Assembly (NCBI GenBank): GCA_017390195.1
Contig: JAFPCR010000002.1
Location: 1-49,651, forward strand
Direction: 5' to 3'
Source: Clostridia bacterium
GTDB lineage: Bacteria; Bacillota; Clostridia; Oscillospirales; CAG-272
DNA: 49,651 bases
This document shows positions 9,860-18,230 of the stretch, in pieces (position 1 is the first letter of the stretch; every line of letters begins with the position of its first letter). The position numbers and the translations under genes were made by a program. Below the pieces are notes generated by a model. It was given only the letters and a program-made list of their open reading frames with translations, was not told the origin of the DNA and searched no databases.

Positions 9860-10537
9860 ATGGATAACTCTTTGAAAGCTCAAAAGATAAAGGCTATAAT
9901 ATTCGATCTCGACGGAACTCTCGCAGACACGGTCGAAGCGATCGCAGAGGCTGTAAATCTCACTATGGAGCATTTCGGTTACAAAACACATTCTTGTGAT
10001 GAAGTAAGACGTGCCGTCGGAAACGGAGCAAGAATGCTCATAAAACGCTGTATGCCCGAACCCGACTCCTTTGATGACGAAAAGGTCTCACATGTACTTT
10101 CTCATTACGATGATATGTACCGTCAGACCTATATTCACACCGACCGTTGCTACGACGGAGTGCGTGAAGCGGTCATAAAGCTTGCCGAGAGCGGTTTTAA
10201 GGTAGCGATACTCTCCAACAAGCAGAATGAATATGTCAAGGCTCTGGCAAAAATATTATTTCCCTCCGATATAATATCAATCGCTCAGGGGCAAACCGAC
10301 CTTCCCATAAAGCCTGACCCCACCGTGCCTCTCATGATAGCTGAAAGACTCGGTGTGAGACCCGAAGAATGTGCCTTTGTCGGAGACAGCGATGTTGATG
10401 TGATGACCGCACATAGTGCAGGTATGGTACAGTTAGGCGTAAGCTGGGGATTTCGTAGCAAAGAGGTGTTGCTGTCCGCAGGTGCAACCGACATTGCCGA
10501 CACCCCCGAACAGATGCTTAATTTTTTTATTCAGTAA
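9860..10537 (+). CDS. HAD-family hydrolase (phosphoglycolate phosphatase / PpaX-like)
   Basis: DLDGTLADT (HAD motif I), SNK (motif II region), GDSDVD (motif IV). I prefer the ATG at 9860, which has a GGAG upstream, over the track's TTG at 9788. That TTG sits inside the putative promoter. Confidence 0.85.
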   Translation: MDNSLKAQKIKAIIFDLDGTLADTVEAIAEAVNLTMEHFGYKTHSCDEVRRAVGNGARMLIKRCMPEPDSFDDEKVSHVLSHYDDMYRQTYIHTDRCYDGVREAVIKLAESGFKVAILSNKQNEYVKALAKILFPSDIISIAQGQTDLPIKPDPTVPLMIAERLGVRPEECAFVGDSDVDVMTAHSAGMVQLGVSWGFRSKEVLLSAGATDIADTPEQMLNFFIQ

Positions 10538-10543
10538 AAAAAG

Positions 10544-10583
10544 AAAAACAGACACGGTAGCTCTCGTTACCGTGTCTGTTTTT
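10544..10583. terminator. bidirectional terminator shared by the HAD gene (+) and rnpB (-)
   Basis: 16-bp stem aaaaacagacacggta / taccgtgtctgttttt. The A/T runs are part of the arms and give U-tracts on both strands. Confidence 0.8.
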
Positions 10584-10587
10584 CTTA

Positions 10588-10946
10588 ATGGCTCCGTCTG
10601 TAAGCCGGGTTCTGTCTTAAACGGTCATCTATCTTCGCCGTATGTCACCATACGGCTTCGACACATACGTGCCGTGCCACCCGAGGATATCTGTCGGGCA
10701 AACGATCCTCATACGGTGTTGCTTCGGATAGGGTTTACAGCGTCGATATGTTACCATACCGACGGGTGAGCTCTTACCTCGCCTTTCCATCCTTACCTGA
10801 ACAAAGTTCAGGCGGTCTATTTCTGTTGCACTTTCCCGGGAGTTACCTCCGGCTGACGTTATCAGTTATCCTGCCCTGTGAAGCCCGGACTTTCCTCACG
10901 GTAATACCTTTCGGCGTGATACCGCGCGACCGTTCGGCGAAGCCAT
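10588..10946 (-). ncRNA. rnpB: RNase P RNA, bacterial type A
   Basis: The minus strand reads ..GAGGAAAGTCCGGGCTTCACAGGGCAG.., ..GGGAAAGTGCAACAGAAA.., ..GGTAAGGATGGAAAGGCGAGGTAAGAGCTCACC.. and ..ACAGAACCCGGCTTA... These are the universally conserved P4/J regions of type-A RNase P RNA. A P1-like pairing exists between GGCTTCG (5' end) and CGGAGCC (3' end). End coordinates are accurate to about 5 nt. Confidence 0.9.
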
Positions 10947-10968
10947 GTTTTCGTGTAAATTTGTAATA

Positions 10969-13377
10969 TTACTTTACAACGATATTAACGATCCTACCGG
11001 GAACGACTATCTCCTTGACGATCGTTTTTCCATCTATCATTGCAGCGACTGTTTCGTTTTGCTTTGCGATACCGATTGCAGTTTCCTTATCGCAATCTAC
11101 GGGAAGGCTAACAGTTGCTCTTACCTTTCCGTTTATCTGTACTGCGATCTCAACTGTGCTGTCTACCGTCTTTGCCTCGTCGTATGACGGCCACTCATGC
11201 ATCGAGAGGAATCCCTTTCCTCCCACCATCTCCCAAAGCTCTTCGCAGAGGTGCGGAGCAAACGGGCAAAGGATCGATATATATGTCTTAAATTCGTCTA
11301 CCGTCAAGCTTCCATGGTCATAAATATCATTGAGAAGTGTCATCATAGCTGCAATTGCTGTGTTAAACTTCATATCCTCAATGTCGGACGAGACCTTCTT
11401 AACGGTCTTATGGAATTTCGATTCAAGCTCGGGAGTGCTTCCGCTTCCCTTTGTCATACCGTAAAGGTCGGCAACTCTTTCAAGAAATCTCTTACAGCCT
11501 CTTGCACTGCTGTCAGACCAAGGTGTTGCACTCGTGTAGTCGCCCATAAACAGAACATATGTTCTGAGAACATCTGCTCCGTATTCCGAAACAACTTCGT
11601 TGGGATCAACTACATTTCCCTTACTCTTACTCATTTTTTCTCCGTCAGAGCCTAAAATAAGTCCCTGTGCCGTCCTCTTTGCGTAAGGTTCTTTTGTGGG
11701 AACTTCACCGATATCATAAAGGAATCTATGCCAGAATCTCGAATAGATCATATGGCGTGTAACGTGCTCCATACCGCCGTTATACCAATCAACAGGCAAC
11801 CAATACTTCATCTTTTCAAAGTTGGCGAATTCATTGTCGTTATGGGGATCGATGTATCTAAGGAAATACCATGACGAGCCTGCCCACTGAGGCATGGTGT
11901 CTGTTTCCCTCTTGGCATTGCCCTGACATCTCGGGCATTTACAGTTAACAAAGCTGTCTATCTTTGCCAAAGGACTTTCACCGCCCACACCGGGTTCAAA
12001 GTTGTCTACCTTGGGCAATCTGAGCGGTAATTCTTCGTAAGGCACGGGAACTATTCCGCACTTAGGGCAATGCACGATCGGGATAGGCTCGCCCCAATAT
12101 CTCTGTCGGTTAAATGCCCAGTCCTTCATCTTGTACTGGACGCCTGCTTCTCCGATGCCCTTTTCGGCAAGAACCTCTATCGCCTTTGCGATCGCATCCT
12201 TTTTGTTGTTGTATCCGTTGAGAAAATCCGAATTCACCATTTCGCCGTCACCGACATAGGGGGCATTCGAAATATCTCCTCCCTTGATGACCTCTATAAT
12301 GTCTATTCCAAACTTCTTTGCGAATTCGTAGTCACGGTCGTCGTGTGCAGGAACAGCCATGATCGCACCTGTTCCGTATCCCATCATAACATAGTCGGAA
12401 ATATAGATGGGAAGTTCCTTTCCGTTGAGCGGATTAACTGCACTTATTCCATCTATCTTAACGCCCGTCTTTGTCTTCTGAAGCTGAGTTCTCTCGAACT
12501 CGGTCTTCTTTGCACACTGCTCACGATATGCGTCAAGTTCGGCAATATTCTTTATTCTATCACGGTATTTGTCTATTAACGGATGCTCCGGAGCTATTAC
12601 CGTAAATGTAACTCCGAACAGTGTGTCGGGACGGGTGGTATATATACGCATCTTTTCGCCCTGCTCGCCGCCGTTGATATTGAAGTAAACGAATGCTCCT
12701 ACAGACTTTCCTATCCAGTTTTCCTGCTGCATTCTGATGTTGGCAAGATAGTCAACGTCATTCAGACCCTCAAGAAGCTTGTCTGCATACTGTGATATTC
12801 GAAGATACCATACGTCCTTTGACTTTTGAACGATGTCGCTGTGGCATATGTCGCATTTTCCGCCCTGAGAGTCCTCGTTTGAAAGTACGACCTTACAGCT
12901 CGGACAATAGTTTACGAGAGCTGTATCACGGAAAACAAGTCCGTTTTCGAACATTTTGAGGAATATCCACTGTGTCCACTTATAGTAATTTTCCTCGGTA
13001 GTGTCGACGACTCTTGACCAATCGAATGAAAATCCAACGTTTTTAAGCTGTTCCGTGAATCGCTCTATATTTTTATCGGTTACGTTTCTCGGATGTATTC
13101 CCGTCTTTATTGCGTAGTTTTCGGTGGGAAGACCGAAAGCGTCAAAGCCTATCGGGAAAAGAACATTGTAGCCCTGCATCCTTCTCTTTCTCGAAACGAC
13201 CTCAAGTCCCGAATATGCCTTGATATGTCCTACGTGCATTCCCGCTCCACTGGGATAAGGAAATTCTATGAGAGAATAAAACTTCGGCTTTGTAAAGTCA
13301 TCCTGAGCCTTAAATATACCGGACTCTTCCCAACGCTTTTGCCATTTTTTCTCGATCTCTGTGTAATTGTACTTCAT
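10969..13377 (-). CDS. leuS: leucine--tRNA ligase
   Basis: 802 aa. PYPSGAGMHVGH (HIGH), KMSKSKGN, and CP1 editing-domain length. Confidence 0.95.
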   Translation of the reverse strand: MKYNYTEIEKKWQKRWEESGIFKAQDDFTKPKFYSLIEFPYPSGAGMHVGHIKAYSGLEVVSRKRRMQGYNVLFPIGFDAFGLPTENYAIKTGIHPRNVTDKNIERFTEQLKNVGFSFDWSRVVDTTEENYYKWTQWIFLKMFENGLVFRDTALVNYCPSCKVVLSNEDSQGGKCDICHSDIVQKSKDVWYLRISQYADKLLEGLNDVDYLANIRMQQENWIGKSVGAFVYFNINGGEQGEKMRIYTTRPDTLFGVTFTVIAPEHPLIDKYRDRIKNIAELDAYREQCAKKTEFERTQLQKTKTGVKIDGISAVNPLNGKELPIYISDYVMMGYGTGAIMAVPAHDDRDYEFAKKFGIDIIEVIKGGDISNAPYVGDGEMVNSDFLNGYNNKKDAIAKAIEVLAEKGIGEAGVQYKMKDWAFNRQRYWGEPIPIVHCPKCGIVPVPYEELPLRLPKVDNFEPGVGGESPLAKIDSFVNCKCPRCQGNAKRETDTMPQWAGSSWYFLRYIDPHNDNEFANFEKMKYWLPVDWYNGGMEHVTRHMIYSRFWHRFLYDIGEVPTKEPYAKRTAQGLILGSDGEKMSKSKGNVVDPNEVVSEYGADVLRTYVLFMGDYTSATPWSDSSARGCKRFLERVADLYGMTKGSGSTPELESKFHKTVKKVSSDIEDMKFNTAIAAMMTLLNDIYDHGSLTVDEFKTYISILCPFAPHLCEELWEMVGGKGFLSMHEWPSYDEAKTVDSTVEIAVQINGKVRATVSLPVDCDKETAIGIAKQNETVAAMIDGKTIVKEIVVPGRIVNIVVK

Positions 13378-13421
13378 TGTGTAAGTAAACTCCTTTGAAT
13401 CTATATGTCAATCAAATATGA

Positions 13422-13814
13422 TCAGAATTGAACCTCTGTGGCATCGTTATAGAGCCTGTCGAGATTGTAAAATTCACGTGCTTCGTTACTGAAAACATGA
13501 ACAATGATATTTGCATAGTCAACAACTATCCAGCTTCCGTTTCCTCTTCCCTCGAAGTGGATCGGAGGAACTCCACGTCTCGCCGTCTGATATTCCAACT
13601 CGTCTGCAAGTGCTTTTACGTGTGTACTTGATGTACCCGTTGCAAGGATAGTATAGTCTGTTATATCGCTCTTACCGACAACAGAATAGACCTTAATATT
13701 TCTTGCTTTTTTAGAATCGAGTATATCACACATCGCTTTGATCACTTCTTCAACGTCTGCGTCAACAAGCGGTGTAACTTCCTGTTCGTTTAGCTCGTAT
13801 ATCTGTTCACTCAT
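13422..13814 (-). CDS. rsfS: ribosome silencing factor RsfS (Iojap family)
   Basis: 130 aa. DYTILATGTSSTHVKA and WIVVDYANIIVHVF motifs. Its position after yqeK matches the Bacillus yqe operon. Confidence 0.9.
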   Translation of the reverse strand: MSEQIYELNEQEVTPLVDADVEEVIKAMCDILDSKKARNIKVYSVVGKSDITDYTILATGTSSTHVKALADELEYQTARRGVPPIHFEGRGNGSWIVVDYANIIVHVFSNEAREFYNLDRLYNDATEVQF

Positions 13815-13836
13815 ATTCTCATCCTCTGTTTTTATC

Positions 13837-14985
13837 TCAATAAATTTTATGTAAATATCTTGCGGTCAAAGCGGCATTATCTGCCGCATTTCCCGACATA
13901 TTGAATTCTATCTCTCCGTTCATTATTTCGGTCGCCGAATAGGCTCGGATCTTATATTCTTTACTGTTATATATCTGCACAAAGTCATCGTAGTCTTTGT
14001 TTTCAAAGACATGCATCGTATCAAACGTTGATTCTGTAATATCCTTTTTCTTGACGTTAAGATAACGGTTTACCGTTTCTATCGCAGCAGAACGGTTTAT
14101 AACATAATATCCTGCTCCGCTAAGCTTTGCTACGGCAGGGTTTCCCGGGAGTGTCATAAAACTGACGCTGTTCAGATCAAACTCCGAAGCATAGGACATA
14201 AATTTAAAACAGTCTACCAACGTAAGATTGGTTTCCGTCCTTCCCAAAAGAGATGTCACGGCTGACATAACGGTCTTAATACTGACTCCGTTTGAAAGCT
14301 TATCGAGCATTGATGCCATAAATATCTTTTGTGCGTTCATTCTTCCTATATCGGCATCCTTATATCCCGCACGGAATCTGATAAACTGCTCTGCCTCATC
14401 TCCGTTTAGCTTGTTCTGTCCTGCTTTCAGATGAATATGAAGATCTTGATATTCATCGTCATAATCCATATCCATGGGAATATTTACATCAAGTCCTCCG
14501 ATACTGTCAACAAAGCTTACAACGGCATCAAGCGAAACACTTATATAGTAATCGATGTCTATTCCGAGGTTCTTTTCGAGAAACCTCATAAAGCCTTCGT
14601 TGCCGAGCTTGTAGGGTGCGGCATTGATCTTTTTGTAGGAACTCGAAGCGTCGCCGTATTTGGCATAGGTGTCTCTCGGTATCTGAACGACATCGAGGCT
14701 ACCCTGCTTCATATCAAGCGATGCAAGCATTATAACGTCGCACAGTGCGGCTCCCGAATCTTTTCCGAGAAGCAGAAAATTGTACTTTTCCTTTTCGCTT
14801 TTGTGACCGTCGCCTGCAAGACCAGAGATGATGTTTTTGACCGAAAGCTTTTCGGGCAACTCATCGGGAAGACTTATTGCTACTGTAGTATAGGAAATTA
14901 TCGCCGATGAGATCAGTATTGCAGTCAACAAAGCAACGGTAATTATGATGATCCACGCTGTCTTTGATTTACGAGACCTTTTCAT
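13837..14985 (-). CDS. LCP (LytR-CpsA-Psr) family cell-envelope phosphotransferase
   Basis: N-terminal TM helix, then NFLLLGKDSG...DVIMLASLD...VQIPRDTY, characteristic of the LCP domain. Confidence 0.85.
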   Translation of the reverse strand: MKRSRKSKTAWIIIITVALLTAILISSAIISYTTVAISLPDELPEKLSVKNIISGLAGDGHKSEKEKYNFLLLGKDSGAALCDVIMLASLDMKQGSLDVVQIPRDTYAKYGDASSSYKKINAAPYKLGNEGFMRFLEKNLGIDIDYYISVSLDAVVSFVDSIGGLDVNIPMDMDYDDEYQDLHIHLKAGQNKLNGDEAEQFIRFRAGYKDADIGRMNAQKIFMASMLDKLSNGVSIKTVMSAVTSLLGRTETNLTLVDCFKFMSYASEFDLNSVSFMTLPGNPAVAKLSGAGYYVINRSAAIETVNRYLNVKKKDITESTFDTMHVFENKDYDDFVQIYNSKEYKIRAYSATEIMNGEIEFNMSGNAADNAALTARYLHKIY

Positions 14986-15097
14986 ATTCTGCGTTTCCTT
15001 TCACTTTATGTAGAAAAACAAGCAGAAAACTTTTTCGGGTCGTAAATTTTTATTTAATTGTCTTTTATCTGTTTAATTGTTTGGTATTCTCTCTGAC

Positions 15098-15742
15098 TTA
15101 TTCCGAAAGCTCCGACAGCCGACAGATAAAATCGTTTCGTGCCAAAACAGTGTCCGCACTTATCGGAACGTTTTCGGCAACAAGTCCGTTTATCGTCATA
15201 TCAAAAGACATAACGAGCAATCTATACAGTAATACGATCCTATCTTGCTCGGTCATAAGATCGGGATGAGCATCCCAAAAGGCATTTCTCAAAATGACGC
15301 AGTCTTTAAATTTTCTCGACTCGTCTATGTAGTCGGCAAAATATATCAACGCTTCACAAAGAGTCATTCCCTCCCGTCCCGTAGTATGAAAACGAACGGC
15401 ACTGATGACTTCACTGTCTGCAAAATCTGGATACATTTCGGGTATCAAAGCCGCCGCCGTTTTAGCATGAAAGGTCTTTGGCGATAAAATATCCAAACGC
15501 TTTGTTATTATACCAAATTTTTTGCAGATTTGCAACTGTTCTTCGACAGAATATTCTTTTGTTATATCATGCAAGAGTGCCGCCGCACGCAAAACGTCGG
15601 TTTTCGAAGGACAAAACAGCTCTGCCAACCGAACTGCCATCTTTTCGACCTCCAACGTGTGATTATAACGTTTGGGTGACATCTTATCTTTGAGTGACAA
15701 ACGCAGGTGCTCAAGTGATACTTCCGTAATTTTAGTTGTCAT
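15098..15742 (-). CDS. yqeK: bis(5'-nucleosyl)-tetraphosphatase, HD-domain YqeK family
   Basis: H..LEV and LLHDITKE HD motifs. It has a 4-nt overlap with upstream nadD, as in the Bacillus yqe operon. Confidence 0.88.
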   Translation of the reverse strand: MTTKITEVSLEHLRLSLKDKMSPKRYNHTLEVEKMAVRLAELFCPSKTDVLRAAALLHDITKEYSVEEQLQICKKFGIITKRLDILSPKTFHAKTAAALIPEMYPDFADSEVISAVRFHTTGREGMTLCEALIYFADYIDESRKFKDCVILRNAFWDAHPDLMTEQDRIVLLYRLLVMSFDMTINGLVAENVPISADTVLARNDFICRLSELSE

Positions 15743-16338
15743 CTGTACAGCCCTGCCCTCTCAATATATTCTGCGACAGATATCGGGATAAAATTCGATA
15801 CATCTTCTCCCTCTTGTATCTTCTTTCTTATTTCGCTTGACGAAATTTCAATAGGCTCTGTCACGATCCTCCTCGCAACTTTGCCGTATTTATCATTATA
15901 CTCTGCTATCTTCGATACTATTCGCCCATCAAGCAGGCAATCTTTCTCTCTGCGGACATACACGGGATAACAAAGCTCGAATATCTCATCGGCACAGTAC
16001 CATGTGTCAAGCGTGAGTAGCATGTCTGTTCCGCAAAGCAGAAAAAGTCTGTTTTCGGGACTTGATAGCTCACGCAGCGTTTCGACGGTATAGCTTTTTC
16101 CTCCACGTCTTATCTCCATGTCGCTTACAACGACTCCGTCTATGCCCAAAAAAGCAAGGTCGCACATATCAAGTCTCTGCTGTGCCGTTGCGGAGTCGTC
16201 CATTCTTTTATGCGGAGGCTCTGCACAGGGTATCACATAGAGCAGATCCAACCACATCTGCTTCATAAATGCCTTTGCCGCTTCTATATGACCGTTGTGA
16301 ACGGGAGAAAATGTTCCTCCGTATATTCCGATTCTCAT
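15739..16338 (-). CDS. nadD: nicotinate-nucleotide adenylyltransferase
   Basis: GIYGGTFSPVHNGH (the (H/T)xGH nucleotidyltransferase motif) and a C-terminal SSSEIR motif. Confidence 0.92.
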   Translation of the reverse strand: MRIGIYGGTFSPVHNGHIEAAKAFMKQMWLDLLYVIPCAEPPHKRMDDSATAQQRLDMCDLAFLGIDGVVVSDMEIRRGGKSYTVETLRELSSPENRLFLLCGTDMLLTLDTWYCADEIFELCYPVYVRREKDCLLDGRIVSKIAEYNDKYGKVARRIVTEPIEISSSEIRKKIQEGEDVSNFIPISVAEYIERAGLYR

Positions 16339-16374
16339 TTTAGATCACCTTCAAAAAATTAAAGATTTATTTGC

Positions 16375-16662
16375 TCAAAGCTCTATTTTTTTGTGATTTT
16401 CGGACTCACGGTAAAGTACCATTTTGCGTCCTATCACGCACACGACTTCGGCGTTTGTCTCCTCTGCCAAGCTTTCGGCAGCCATTTTGACGGTCATATC
16501 GGCATTTTCAAGAACCGACATTTTTATAAGCTCACGGGCTTCGAGAGCATCCGAGACTGTCTTTATAAGATTTTCCGAGATCCCGCCCTTACCTATCTGC
16601 ATTATGGTAGGTATTGAGGTTGAAAGTGATCTCAAATATGCACGTTGTTTTGAAGTTATCAT
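16375..16662 (-). CDS. yhbY: ribosome assembly RNA-binding protein YhbY (CRM domain)
   Basis: 95 aa. KQRAYLRSL...IMQIGKGGISENL motif. Confidence 0.88.
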   Translation of the reverse strand: MITSKQRAYLRSLSTSIPTIMQIGKGGISENLIKTVSDALEARELIKMSVLENADMTVKMAAESLAEETNAEVVCVIGRKMVLYRESENHKKIEL

Positions 16663-16722
16663 TTGAAGTTCTCGTTTCTACAGATCTCCGAGCAAAAATA
16701 TATCCTATGCCCCGATCTGTTT

Positions 16723-17325
16723 TTATTTTTGATCATTATTTATTTCCTTGAGTGCCTGTGCAAGCTTTTTTATTGCATTTCCACGGTGGCTTATGGAGTT
16801 TTTCTCGTCTGCCGTCATTTCGGCAAATGCCTTTCCAAAAGGCTCGTAGAAGAACAGCGGATCGTAACCGAATCCGTTATCTCCTCGGTATTCGTCAAGT
16901 ATTCTTCCCTCGACTCTGCCCTCAAATACCATCTCTTTACCCGTATCAGGGAAAACGCACGCAATATTGCAGACAAATGCGGCACTGCGGTCGTTTTCGG
17001 ACTTTAGGTTGTCGAGCAGAAGGCTGTTGTTGAGTTCATCGTTTCCGTGTTCTCCCGCATATCTCGAAGAATATATCCCGGGAGCTCCGCCGAGTGCGTA
17101 CACCGAAAGTCCGGAATCGTCACCTATTCCGATATATCCGCTCTCTGCCGCCACCCTTGCCTTTATCAAGGCGTTTTCGGAAAACGTCTGACCGTTCTCC
17201 TCTATTTCACCGTATATTCCAACATCGTCAAGAGAAAGTATCTCGATCGATGGGACATACTGTCCGAGCAATTCTTCAAGCTCGGCGATCTTCTTTTTGT
17301 TTCTTGATGCAAGTACGATCCTCAT
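16723..17325 (-). CDS. rdgB: XTP/dITP diphosphatase (RdgB/HAM1 family)
   Basis: ASRNKKKIAEL, DDSGL, and FGYDPLF motifs. Confidence 0.92.
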   Translation of the reverse strand: MRIVLASRNKKKIAELEELLGQYVPSIEILSLDDVGIYGEIEENGQTFSENALIKARVAAESGYIGIGDDSGLSVYALGGAPGIYSSRYAGEHGNDELNNSLLLDNLKSENDRSAAFVCNIACVFPDTGKEMVFEGRVEGRILDEYRGDNGFGYDPLFFYEPFGKAFAEMTADEKNSISHRGNAIKKLAQALKEINNDQK

Positions 17326-18230
17326 TTTTCAAAAAGTGCCTTTACAAATTCATTTGCAGAGAAGGGCTGCATATCGTCGATCTTTTCCCCGACTCCGATA
17401 AACTTAACGGGAATATTCAATTCCTGCTTTATTGAAAGAACTATTCCGCCCTTTGCCGTGCCATCAAGCTTGTTGAGAACGAGTCCGGTGATCTTTGCGG
17501 CATTCTTGAATTCCTTTGCCTGAAGAACTGCGTTCTGTCCCGTGGTCGCATCAAGCACGAGCAGATTTTCTCGGTTCGCCTCTGGCAATTCACGGTCGAT
17601 GATGCGGTTTATCTTTTCAAGCTCGTTCATCAGATTCTTTTTGTTATGCAAACGTCCTGCGGTGTCTATTATAAGGACATCGTTCTTGTGCTTCTTTGCA
17701 TAGTTTATAGCATCATACACAACCGCCGCAGGATCCGAGCCTTCGCTCTGGCGAATAAGGTCTACCTTGGATCTTTCGCACCAAACGGCAAGCTGATCTA
17801 TAGCGGCGGCTCTGAACGTATCTGCTGCCGCTACCACAACACTCTTTCCCTGAGAACGCAAAATATTAGAGATCTTTCCGATAGATGTAGTCTTACCCGC
17901 ACCGTTTACGCCTATAACAAGTACAACTGACGGTACACTGTTAAGCTCGAGCGGTTCGCCTTCACCTATCATATCGGTCAATATAGAACGCAAGGCCTCT
18001 GTTACCTGATCTTTTTCCTTGAGTCTTCCGTCCTTGATCCTCTCCCTAAGCTCCTCTATTATCTCCTCAGTCGCCCCAACACCTACGTCGGACGAAATAA
18101 GTAGCTCTTCAAGCTCGTCAAGCAGATCCTCGTCAACACGGACGAAGCTCTTTAAAACATCATCTATTTTCCCGAAAATTGCGTTCTTTGTCTTAGCAAG
18201 ACCGCTTTTCAGTTTATCCAAAAATGCCAT
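17322..18230 (-). CDS. ftsY: signal recognition particle receptor FtsY
   Basis: GVNGAGKTTSIGK (G1), DTAGR, NKLDGTAKGG. It follows smc as in Bacillus, with a 17-nt overlap with the smc 3' end. Confidence 0.95.
   Translation of the reverse strand: MAFLDKLKSGLAKTKNAIFGKIDDVLKSFVRVDEDLLDELEELLISSDVGVGATEEIIEELRERIKDGRLKEKDQVTEALRSILTDMIGEGEPLELNSVPSVVLVIGVNGAGKTTSIGKISNILRSQGKSVVVAAADTFRAAAIDQLAVWCERSKVDLIRQSEGSDPAAVVYDAINYAKKHKNDVLIIDTAGRLHNKKNLMNELEKINRIIDRELPEANRENLLVLDATTGQNAVLQAKEFKNAAKITGLVLNKLDGTAKGGIVLSIKQELNIPVKFIGVGEKIDDMQPFSANEFVKALFEK

Noticed and set aside
10482-10966. Two track ORFs (95 aa and 72 aa) in the HAD-leuS gap
   Set aside because: They lie antisense over a region that carries all the conserved blocks of type-A RNase P RNA on the minus strand. 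Their products are low-complexity with no RBS.
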